Source of the DNA: an uncultured archaeon
GTDB taxonomy: Archaea; Asgardarchaeota; Lokiarchaeia; Sigyniarchaeales; Promethearchaeaceae
Direction of reading: 5' to 3'
Length of the DNA stretch: 13,263 bases
NCBI GenBank assembly: GCA_964426185.1
Contig: CAYRPF010000056.1
Coordinates: 1 to 13,263, forward strand
Shown here piece by piece: positions 1 to 7,314 of the stretch. The notes beneath the pieces are model-generated. The model did not search any database, was not told the DNA's origin, and saw only the letters and a list, made by a program, of their open reading frames with translations. Numbering within the stretch: position 1 is the first letter of the stretch; each line of letters begins with the position of its first letter. Position numbers and translations under genes: made by a program.

Positions 1-221
1 TGAACAATCATTTGCAAACAATAATTATTGCACCTATGACTACAAAATCCCATGCCTATCCAACGAGAGTAAAACTAAATTTCGCAGGTAGAACAAGATG
101 GATTGTGGTAGATCAACTTCGAACAGTAGATAGAAAGAGATTTATCAAGAAATTGGGCACTTTGGAAAAAAAAACGATCGATCAAATAAAAAAAGCTATC
201 CAAGAAATGCTTGTTGATTAA
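1..221 (+). CDS. Type II toxin, PemK/MazF family endoribonuclease (5'-truncated by the window edge)
   Basis: The frame is open from the window edge (..NNHLQTIIIAPMTTKSHAYPTRV..WIVVDQLRTVDRKRFIKKLG..). IIAPMTT and DQLRTVD.KR are hallmark PemK/MazF motifs. The TTG at 12 is internal and the true start lies upstream of the window. Confidence 0.9.
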   Translation, partial: NNHLQTIIIAPMTTKSHAYPTRVKLNFAGRTRWIVVDQLRTVDRKRFIKKLGTLEKKTIDQIKKAIQEMLVD

Positions 222-274
222 TTCGCACGTCCTATAATCCATAATCCTAATTATTTCATATTGCAATGTAGTGG

Positions 275-361
275 TATAATTTACAATACTACCAAACACC
301 AAAAGATTGACGGTTGAATTGAATCGTATTATAATGTGGTGTTGGATTGGGGTAAATTATA
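275..361. repeat. Imperfect inverted repeat / long stem-loop downstream of the MazF toxin
   Basis: TATAATTTAC (275-284) is the exact reverse complement of GTAAATTATA (352-361). AACACCA (295-301) pairs with TGGTGTT (337-343), and CC (292-293) pairs with GG (344-345). Confidence 0.5.
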
Positions 362-462
362 TTGCTTTACCACCTTTACGGATTAGAAAAATAGAGTTTC
401 GTTTAAATATAATATAAATAAATAAAACAAAGATTTTTCTTTTTTAAATGAGAAATTAGATT

Positions 463-1476
463 ATGGCGACCTTATTATCCAATTTCATCACATTTCTGAT
501 TTTCTGTGTAGCTCTTTTTTTAATCTATCGGATTCTCTTATTATTACTAAAGCGAATTGACAAAAGAACGCCCGGCACAGAAACGTCTATTAAAGTGATT
601 CGATTATTACTAAGGTTCGGAGTAATTTTTGCCATCATTATCGGAATATTCACTATTTTCGATGTATCTTCCCCTTTATTCATTTCATTATCCTCGATTT
701 CTGGGATTATTATCGGGTTTGCTTCCACGGAGATTGTGACCCAGGTAATTGCTGGATTGTATTTAATTACATCTCGACCTTTTACCGTTGATGATTTGGT
801 AAAAATTGATGATGTAGAAGGGCTGGTGATCGAAATTAATCTCAATCATACCGTAATTAAGCAATTTAACAATACACTTTGTTTGATTCCTAATAAGAAA
901 TTGCTGGAATCTCAAATTCTGAATTATACACTTAATATTAAAGATGAATTAGAATATTCTCAATCAATAGTTGAGCCAAATTCTATCCATTCTGAATCTA
1001 AATCTGAATCTGAATCTGAATCTGAATCTACATCCGAATCCAAATCCGAATCTAAATCTGAATCAACATCCGAATCCAAATCCGAATCTAAATCTGAATC
1101 AACATCCGAATCCGAATCTAAATCTGAATCTACATCCGAATCCGAATCCGAATTTAAATTTTTTACCAAAAAAAAAATGGTCGATTTTCTGGGCAATATC
1201 ACCGACCTGATTACTGAAGAAAAAGTTACTCAATATGTTTTCGAAATTGAAGTGGAATTTGATTTTGATCCACAAGAGATATTTGCCAAGATAGATCGGG
1301 TATGCACTCAATTTGAGCCCAAATATTTCTTAAAACCAAAGTTCAAAATTGTTGGGTTCGGATATCGAGCAAAAATTCGGTTTTGGGTTTTTGCTAAGCG
1401 GTCTTCTACAATTATAGAAATGCAAAAAGATTTCATCCAAGCCATTGCACAAGAATTGTATGGAGGTTCTAAATAA
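463..1476 (+). CDS. Small-conductance mechanosensitive channel (MscS family) with an internal Ser/Glu low-complexity insertion
   Basis: Three hydrophobic N-terminal segments; [60 protein letters not shown] matches the MscS TM3 and beta-domain signature. Confidence 0.9.
   Translation: MATLLSNFITFLIFCVALFLIYRILLLLLKRIDKRTPGTETSIKVIRLLLRFGVIFAIIIGIFTIFDVSSPLFISLSSISGIIIGFASTEIVTQVIAGLYLITSRPFTVDDLVKIDDVEGLVIEINLNHTVIKQFNNTLCLIPNKKLLESQILNYTLNIKDELEYSQSIVEPNSIHSESKSESESESESTSESKSESKSESTSESKSESKSESTSESESKSESTSESESEFKFFTKKKMVDFLGNITDLITEEKVTQYVFEIEVEFDFDPQEIFAKIDRVCTQFEPKYFLKPKFKIVGFGYRAKIRFWVFAKRSSTIIEMQKDFIQAIAQELYGGSK
991..1152 (+). repeat. In-frame tandem hexamer repeat (TCN-GAA/AAA/ACA) x27 with higher-order 36-bp units
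   Basis: 27 units encode SE x17, SK x6 and ST x4. Two identical 36-bp copies, TCCGAATCCAAATCCGAATCTAAATCTGAATCAACA, lie at 1033-1068 and 1069-1104, followed by a 30-bp variant at 1105-1134. Confidence 0.97.
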
Positions 1477-2495
1477 TGACGAGCATAGCAGAAATATGGG
1501 AAAAAATTGAAGATTTTCTCTCAAGTGGCATGATTATCACGATTTTTAATTGGAGTATTCCATTATATACAATAATTGCTTTGGTTTTGGGGATAATAGG
1601 GCTAATTCTGATTTTTCAATTGCTCAAACGATTACTTTATCGTTTAGCGAAAAACAGCGCATTTCCAGCAGAAATCTATAATGGGCTATTATTTCTATTC
1701 CGATTGTTATTCGGAATCCTTTTAATCTGGTTAATTCTAAAACTGCTTGATATTGAGTCCGATTACTTATTGGTTATATCAGGGATAGTTGGAACCGCTA
1801 TAGCTTTTGCGTCTGTGAAAACCATCAATAATTTTATAGCAGGATTATGGATTGCGCTCAGTACTCCCTATTTATATGGGGATTATGTAAAAATTGACAA
1901 TGTGGAAGGATTAGTGGTGAAAATTACCTCTTTCTACACTCGGATTAAAACCTATCGGGAAAATACCATTTTGATCCCTAATCTTTCTTGTATCAATTCT
2001 AATATCGTCAATTACTCGATAAATATCACCTCCATTAGAAATAAGATTGAAATGTTAAAGAAACAAATAGAAAATTTACAGAAGAATAAAAATAAGAAAC
2101 TGAAGAGTAGTAATATGCTCAGAATTGCTCAATTTCAAGATGAAATCAACGAGAAAGAATTGATCTTAAAAAATATAGAGGATTTTAGATCAAATTTAAT
2201 GAATCGGAAAACTTCAGTGTCATTATCAAGCTTTGTTCAAGTCGATAAAGTGATTAGGTATATTTTTACACTCCAATTGCAAAAGAAGCTTAAATATGTA
2301 GAACAGAAATTACGCAGGTTACAGGAAGAATGGTATCACAAATATCATTTTCATGTGGATGTGAATTTAATAGATATAAGGTCCCACTTTATCTATGAAT
2401 TTACGCTTACGACTTTAGATCCCGTAGATATACTCAAATTTTATCCCGATTTGGTAAATGATGTATATAAAACAATATATAAAAAATCAAATTGA
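1476..2495 (+). CDS. Small-conductance mechanosensitive channel (MscS family) with a basic coiled-coil-like insertion
   Basis: Three TM segments; GTAIAFASVKTINNFIAGLWIALSTPYLYGDYVKIDNVEGLVVKITSFYTRIKT..IPN..S.IVNYS. The start overlaps the previous stop (TAATG, 1474-1478). Confidence 0.9.
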   Translation: MTSIAEIWEKIEDFLSSGMIITIFNWSIPLYTIIALVLGIIGLILIFQLLKRLLYRLAKNSAFPAEIYNGLLFLFRLLFGILLIWLILKLLDIESDYLLVISGIVGTAIAFASVKTINNFIAGLWIALSTPYLYGDYVKIDNVEGLVVKITSFYTRIKTYRENTILIPNLSCINSNIVNYSINITSIRNKIEMLKKQIENLQKNKNKKLKSSNMLRIAQFQDEINEKELILKNIEDFRSNLMNRKTSVSLSSFVQVDKVIRYIFTLQLQKKLKYVEQKLRRLQEEWYHKYHFHVDVNLIDIRSHFIYEFTLTTLDPVDILKFYPDLVNDVYKTIYKKSN

Positions 2496-3836
2496 AGACC
2501 TTTTTTTAAGATCGACGGGTGAATTGCTGTAATATATGCTGTTTGACGGAACATTCTCCCGCACTACCGTGTTACTTCCCACATGTGCATAGGCCCCAAT
2601 GGTTTTTCCAGGCATGATGCTGACTTGAATCCCAAGTTGGGCATGATCCCCAATAATGGTTCCTAATTTTCGTCTGCCGGTGTTTACGCGTTGTCCTTTG
2701 ACTTTCATGGATATGGATTTCTTATCTAACCTTAAGTTAGCGGTAATTGAGCCACATCCGAAGTTAACATGCTCCCCGATGATGCTATCCCCGACATAAG
2801 ATAAATGAGGAATGGCTGAATGATTCATGATAATGGAACTCTTCACCTCAGATCCATTTCCTACCTTGCAAAAGTCTCCTAAAGTGGTATACGGTCGAAG
2901 ATAAGCATTCGGTCCAATCACACAATTTTCTCCAATTATTATAGGTCCCTCTAGATAACTACCCGATTTAATTACAGAATTTTTACCGAGTTTAACGGTA
3001 CCATGGATGTTTACAAAAGGCTCCACTGTACCTCCTTCATTTATTAAGTTGGAGGCAGGGAGATTTGATTTGGTGGTGGGTTCTCCTGGAAGTTGTTCTA
3101 AAAAATAATGTGTGGCTTCTAAAAATTGCCATGGATGGCCAACATCACTCCAAAAATATTCAGAAACATCCAAAACATGGAATTTATCACCAGCTTTAAC
3201 TCGAGCAGCGATAGCATCCGTTAATTCATATTCACCCCTAGGTGATTTTTCAATAGTACTTAATGCATCGAAAATGGTGGGCGCAAGCACATAAACCCCT
3301 GCATTTGCTAAATTCCCGAATCTGTCATCCGGAGGCTTTTCCACCATTTTTTGTAAGATATAATGCTCATCTACTTTCATAATTCCCCATTTGGTGGGAT
3401 CGGGCATAGATTTTGCTGCTATGATACCATGATATTGTTCTTTAGTGAAATCGCGCTTTATTAGGTAATAAATTTGTGGGTCCATGAACAGATCTCCATA
3501 GATAAGCATAAAAGGCTCATTTTTGGCGAAATTTTTAGCTAATTGGGCAGCATGACCCGTTCCTAAGAATTCTTTTTGATCGATATAAGTAATAGAAAGC
3601 CCCATTGAATCACCCTTCCCATAATAATTCTCAATTTGCTCTTTTTTATAACCAACTATGAGTAAAACTTCTTCAATACCAATTTTTTTTACTGCTTCCA
3701 AAGTATGGGTTAAAATCGGCCTTCCTCCGATGGGAATGAGGGGTTTGGGGCGGGTATCGGTTAATGGGGTAAGGCGTTTGCCAAATCCCGCTGCTAGAAT
3801 CACAGCTTTTTGTAAAATGGGGGGTGAATTATTCAT
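2487..3836 (-). CDS. glmU: Archaeal-type bifunctional sugar-1-phosphate nucleotidylyltransferase / acetyltransferase (GlmU-like)
   Basis: N-terminal AVILAAGFGKRLTPLTDTRPKPL, Q.E.LGTGHA and EKP motifs. C-terminal left-handed beta-helix hexapeptide repeats with GPNAYLRP, HLSYVGDSIIG, NFGCGSITANLRLD and TGRRKLG, typical of archaeal GlmU. Confidence 0.9.
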   Translation of the reverse strand: MNNSPPILQKAVILAAGFGKRLTPLTDTRPKPLIPIGGRPILTHTLEAVKKIGIEEVLLIVGYKKEQIENYYGKGDSMGLSITYIDQKEFLGTGHAAQLAKNFAKNEPFMLIYGDLFMDPQIYYLIKRDFTKEQYHGIIAAKSMPDPTKWGIMKVDEHYILQKMVEKPPDDRFGNLANAGVYVLAPTIFDALSTIEKSPRGEYELTDAIAARVKAGDKFHVLDVSEYFWSDVGHPWQFLEATHYFLEQLPGEPTTKSNLPASNLINEGGTVEPFVNIHGTVKLGKNSVIKSGSYLEGPIIIGENCVIGPNAYLRPYTTLGDFCKVGNGSEVKSSIIMNHSAIPHLSYVGDSIIGEHVNFGCGSITANLRLDKKSISMKVKGQRVNTGRRKLGTIIGDHAQLGIQVSIMPGKTIGAYAHVGSNTVVRENVPSNSIYYSNSPVDLKKRSSI

Positions 3837-3857
3837 AAAACATGCACTAAAGGTATT

Positions 3858-3867
3858 TTTTTAAAAA
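3858..3867 (-). promoter_or_regulatory. Putative archaeal TATA box for glmU (leaderless or short-leader transcript)
   Basis: Minus-strand TTTTTAAAAA lies 22-31 nt upstream of the ATG at 3836. Similar spacing is seen at several other genes. The AT-rich background lowers certainty. Confidence 0.45.
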
Positions 3868-3881
3868 TTTGGATGATAAGA

Positions 3882-4976
3882 TTAGATTTCTTCATAATCT
3901 TGGTCGGCTGCTTCTTTTTCAAGTTCTTTTAATCGTTTGCGATTACGTTCGGTCTCTTCTTCTAAAATCTTCCTTTTTTCTTCTTCTAATCGCTTTAGTT
4001 CTAGTTCCTGCTTAACTCGCTCAAGTTCCTTACGCTTTTCAATTATTTCCTTTTCCTTTTCTAATCTTTCTTTTTCCTGTCGGAGTCGTTCTTCTTCAAT
4101 CTTGCGCTGTTCTTCTTCCAATTTGAGCTTTTCCAATTCAAGTTTCTTTTCATCTTCTTCTAATTTCTCTTTTAAGGCTTTAGATTGAGCTTCCAATTCT
4201 CGACGTTCCAAATCTTCTTGCTCTAAGGTTTTTATCTCTATAATTTCTTTTAAAACTTCATCTGCCGCAGATTTTGCCACATCTACACTGGCTCGTCTAA
4301 GTGCACCTTCTGAATCTTTTTTCAAGACACGATCTGCCGCGGTGATTAGCAGTTGTTCTTCTGGGGATATCTCTTGGATTTTATCCTTTTCAGCCAGAAG
4401 TTGTTCTGCGGTTTTCACTATTTCAGAGTCATTCATGCGAATTTCGGATTCATCTTTAAGCAATTTTAGAAATTTCAAGATACGCGCTTCAATTTCATTT
4501 CGATCTGTCTTTCCAACAGTTTGAAGAATTTGGATGGCATTTTTCCGCACGAATTCTTCAGGATCGGATAAGCAAGAAATGATTAAATCATAAAAGGGAA
4601 CCATTGAGACAGGATCGGTGTCCGCTACATATTTTAGTAACCGTAACATTCCTTCCCGCTTTTTTGGTGAACCGTATTTAATGAAATCTTCTACGTATGG
4701 AAAAATCAAGTTCTTATGTTCTTCCACAAATTTCTTCAGGGAAAGGATTATAGAATAACGGATTACGTCATCATCGAAATTTAAAATTCCTAACAATGAC
4801 GGCATAATTTTTTCTACTACTTCCACTGCGGTATCTGTAATGATATTCAAGCTAGGTACAAGATCTTCAATAAACTTCGAATCTCGCTTATCTAAATTCT
4901 TTTTAATAAGCTGAACTGCAGCCTCGTAGTCTTTTTTATCTAATAAGGCAAAGATTTCTTCCATAATGTTATCCAT
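3882..4976 (-). CDS. HEAT-repeat (alpha-solenoid) protein with a C-terminal E/K/R-rich coiled-coil or single-alpha-helix tail
   Basis: HEAT-like units LLGILNFDDDVIRYSIILSL, FIKYGSPKKREGMLRLL and IISCLSDPEEFVRKNAIQIL. Residues about 251-358 are dominated by E/K/R/L with no Pro or Gly. Confidence 0.8.
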   Translation of the reverse strand: MDNIMEEIFALLDKKDYEAAVQLIKKNLDKRDSKFIEDLVPSLNIITDTAVEVVEKIMPSLLGILNFDDDVIRYSIILSLKKFVEEHKNLIFPYVEDFIKYGSPKKREGMLRLLKYVADTDPVSMVPFYDLIISCLSDPEEFVRKNAIQILQTVGKTDRNEIEARILKFLKLLKDESEIRMNDSEIVKTAEQLLAEKDKIQEISPEEQLLITAADRVLKKDSEGALRRASVDVAKSAADEVLKEIIEIKTLEQEDLERRELEAQSKALKEKLEEDEKKLELEKLKLEEEQRKIEEERLRQEKERLEKEKEIIEKRKELERVKQELELKRLEEEKRKILEEETERNRKRLKELEKEAADQDYEEI

Positions 4977-4985
4977 ATTTTTATT

Positions 4986-4990
4986 CTCCT
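4986..4990 (-). promoter_or_regulatory. Shine-Dalgarno-like AGGAG for the HEAT-repeat gene, overlapping the upstream stop codon
   Basis: The minus strand reads TAGGAGAATAAAAATATG, placing AGGAG 9 nt before the ATG at 4976. The 12-nt intergenic gap implies co-transcription. Confidence 0.6.
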
Positions 4991-5987
4991 ATGTCGAATT
5001 ATTTTGGGAATTTAAAGGAACTTTCTGTCGAAGATTATTAACATATGTCAGTAATTGACGGATTTGGCCATATGTTAGAAATTGAAGGTTATTTTGCTTC
5101 AAAAAATGATTCAGATTTTGGTATTTAAGGGTAATTGTCAAGTTTTTACGCTCATCTTCGGCTAATTCGATTTCAAAGTAATTTTGTTGTAAAAATTCAA
5201 AAAATTCCAAAAAAAATGTCGAATCTTCTTGAAGATAATCTGGAGAAACTTGATTAAATGGAATTTTCATGATTAAAGTAATTTGATGTTCCCCACTTAC
5301 GATAGTAATCCCTTCTATATCCATTTCTGCACAGTAAGTATGAAAAACGATATCAATAATACGCAAATTTACAATAATATCATCTTTTGCGTTCACTATG
5401 GTCAAATTCGTTGTGAAATCGGATATAAAAATTGCACCTTCAAACCAAATGATCATCAAAGGTCCAACAATATCGTAGAGAAAGGTACCTTCTTTGATTA
5501 CCTTATCCTTTGAGATAATTCGGTCGAAAATTGCCCTATCACCATAACGAAAATCAAGATTCACTGCAGGAATCTTGCTCTTACTGATAATTTCATGTAA
5601 TTTAGAAGGCTCTTTGTTAAAATATTGGTTGAATTTTTTTTGCATCTTAGGGAACATGATTTCGATGAAATCATTGTTAAAAATTGGTTCATCTTGTGGG
5701 GTATATAAAGTGGTGTTTTTATTCAGATAACGCTTGATGTTATTTACGGCTTGTGAATAACAAAATTTGGGTAAATCTTCATAATTCGCTCCGGCTTGAA
5801 GACGAACTTTCAGTAAAATTCGTTTGGGACATTGGGGTGAAAGTACACAAACCATGCGATCGTCTTCACAAACCATACAATATTCATGCAGTTCTTTAAA
5901 CAATAACTTGTTGAGCTGTATCATGGCTTCGGGTGGAATTATGTCGGTTGAAATATAATCGACCAAATCTTTTACATCGAAAACCAT
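4989..5987 (-). CDS. Hypothetical protein with an N-terminal Cys cluster (HxxCxxCx6Cx5C...C), putative metal-binding
   Basis: 332-aa ORF with natural composition; H34, C37, C40, C47, C53 and C76; GGAG upstream of the ATG. No family recognised. Confidence 0.75.
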   Translation of the reverse strand: MVFDVKDLVDYISTDIIPPEAMIQLNKLLFKELHEYCMVCEDDRMVCVLSPQCPKRILLKVRLQAGANYEDLPKFCYSQAVNNIKRYLNKNTTLYTPQDEPIFNNDFIEIMFPKMQKKFNQYFNKEPSKLHEIISKSKIPAVNLDFRYGDRAIFDRIISKDKVIKEGTFLYDIVGPLMIIWFEGAIFISDFTTNLTIVNAKDDIIVNLRIIDIVFHTYCAEMDIEGITIVSGEHQITLIMKIPFNQVSPDYLQEDSTFFLEFFEFLQQNYFEIELAEDERKNLTITLKYQNLNHFLKQNNLQFLTYGQIRQLLTYVNNLRQKVPLNSQNNST

Positions 5988-6055
5988 AGTGCTCAGTTAC
6001 TCCAAGCTCTACATTCCAAAAAACTTTGTGGAGATGAATTTTCCTTGTTTCTTTT

Positions 6056-7225
6056 TCAATCTGAATATTTGGGAGATACCTTTTTGGCAATAAATGCAAG
6101 AATAATCATAAAAAACAATAAGAATCCTCCTACTTGAAGAATAGTTTTTAGCTTAATTTTACTGCTATTGGAAAGATATCCTTCAATTCCTTTACAATCG
6201 AAGATTTGAATTTCATTAGGGTAATTTTGCACAAATAGGGTTGTCCCACTAAGATTAATTTTACCATATGTGTTGGTACTCTCCAAGTAATCCACAAGTA
6301 CGGGATAACCAGGAAGATCAATATAAAATAGACACAAACCACCCGAATCAAAACGAGTAAAAAGAAAACTTCCATTCAAGAATACATTCTTTACAGGAAC
6401 CGTCTGGTTTAGTTTATTTACCACAACTATATTTGACATATTACTAATATATACCGAAAGAATTCCAGCTTTACCTGCTGCAAGATATATAATATCATTC
6501 GGTATATCCAATGCAAGATCAAAACCATCTACCGCATCTTCTATACAACTTTGATTTACTGGGTGCGTAAAATTTGAAAAATCTACGATTTGTAGACCGA
6601 TTTGTGTTTGAGCAATGAAAAGATAAGGTGAATCATATTGAATTGCATGTATTTGGGTTCCAAATATTTTACCTACAAAATTAATCCGATTCTCTTGGGA
6701 TATATTATAAAAATATACAGATTTACTGGTCATTCCGAATATATTAACATCTTTCACCAAAATTTGGGAAAATGTTTGGTTAATAGATTGTGATTTCATC
6801 AGTCTTGGAAAAGTTGGTTCAGAAACATCAAAAATGAGTAAGCTTCCGTTAGAAAGGGAAAGATATAGTTTAAGATTCTGCTCATTCTCAGATAAAGTCC
6901 CAGTCGATATGGAATTATTCACTGGAATTTCATAAATTTCAGTTGGATTAAGCGAATCAGATATATCATAAATAATAACTTCATTTGATGTGATTGCATA
7001 CATTTTAGAATTAAAAATTTCAAAAGATATAATTTCGGATTCAGATGAAAAAGTTAAAGTTTGTGTGGGAATGAAGATAGTTGATTCATTGGATGTACCT
7101 TTAACAAACCATGTTGCTCCTTGAATTATGGAAGACGAAAGAAATATGATTAATAATAAGAATCCGAAGGTTTTTTTCCACTTATGTAGATTTCCCTTTC
7201 TGAAAAATCCCGCCACAATTTTCAT
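6056..7225 (-). CDS. Membrane-anchored LVIVD-repeat (beta-propeller-like) surface protein
   Basis: N-terminal hydrophobic signal/TM (FGFLLLIIFLSSSII); repeats such as VIIYDISDSLNP, LLIFDVSEPTFP, YLFIAQTQIGLQIVDFSNFTHP and IYLAAGKAGILSVYISN; C-terminal TM (VGGFLLFFMIILAFIA) followed by KK. Confidence 0.8.
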   Translation of the reverse strand: MKIVAGFFRKGNLHKWKKTFGFLLLIIFLSSSIIQGATWFVKGTSNESTIFIPTQTLTFSSESEIISFEIFNSKMYAITSNEVIIYDISDSLNPTEIYEIPVNNSISTGTLSENEQNLKLYLSLSNGSLLIFDVSEPTFPRLMKSQSINQTFSQILVKDVNIFGMTSKSVYFYNISQENRINFVGKIFGTQIHAIQYDSPYLFIAQTQIGLQIVDFSNFTHPVNQSCIEDAVDGFDLALDIPNDIIYLAAGKAGILSVYISNMSNIVVVNKLNQTVPVKNVFLNGSFLFTRFDSGGLCLFYIDLPGYPVLVDYLESTNTYGKINLSGTTLFVQNYPNEIQIFDCKGIEGYLSNSSKIKLKTILQVGGFLLFFMIILAFIAKKVSPKYSD

Positions 7226-7248
7226 TACAATTGTAAAAAATGAAAGGT

Positions 7249-7259
7249 AGATAAAAAAA
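7249..7259 (-). promoter_or_regulatory. Putative TATA box for the LVIVD gene
   Basis: Minus-strand TTTTTTTATCT lies 24-34 nt upstream of the ATG at 7225, preceded by purine-rich GAAAA. Confidence 0.35.
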
Positions 7260-7314
7260 TTTTCATTAACTTAAATCCTTTTGAGAAAAATTACCGTTTC
7301 GCTAATATTCTATT

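Noticed and set aside
75-845. Antisense ORFs 75-302 and 525-845
   Set aside because: They overlap well-supported genes on the opposite strand and have no recognisable motifs.
991-1152. 36-bp repeats as a possible CRISPR array
   Set aside because: The copies are directly adjacent with no unique spacers, are in-frame coding, and no cas genes are present.
960-1210. ORFs 960-1202 (-) and 971-1210 (+) with DS and NL/NP repeats
   Set aside because: They are alternative-frame shadows of the hexamer repeat inside the MscS gene.
1099-6375. Short ORFs 1099-1311, 1330-1524, 3112-3294, 3658-3864, 3937-4188, 4342-4524, 5283-5513, 5896-6099 and 6148-6375
   Set aside because: They are antisense or off-frame shadows of longer genes. 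The Ser/Phe-rich ones simply mirror Glu/Lys codons.
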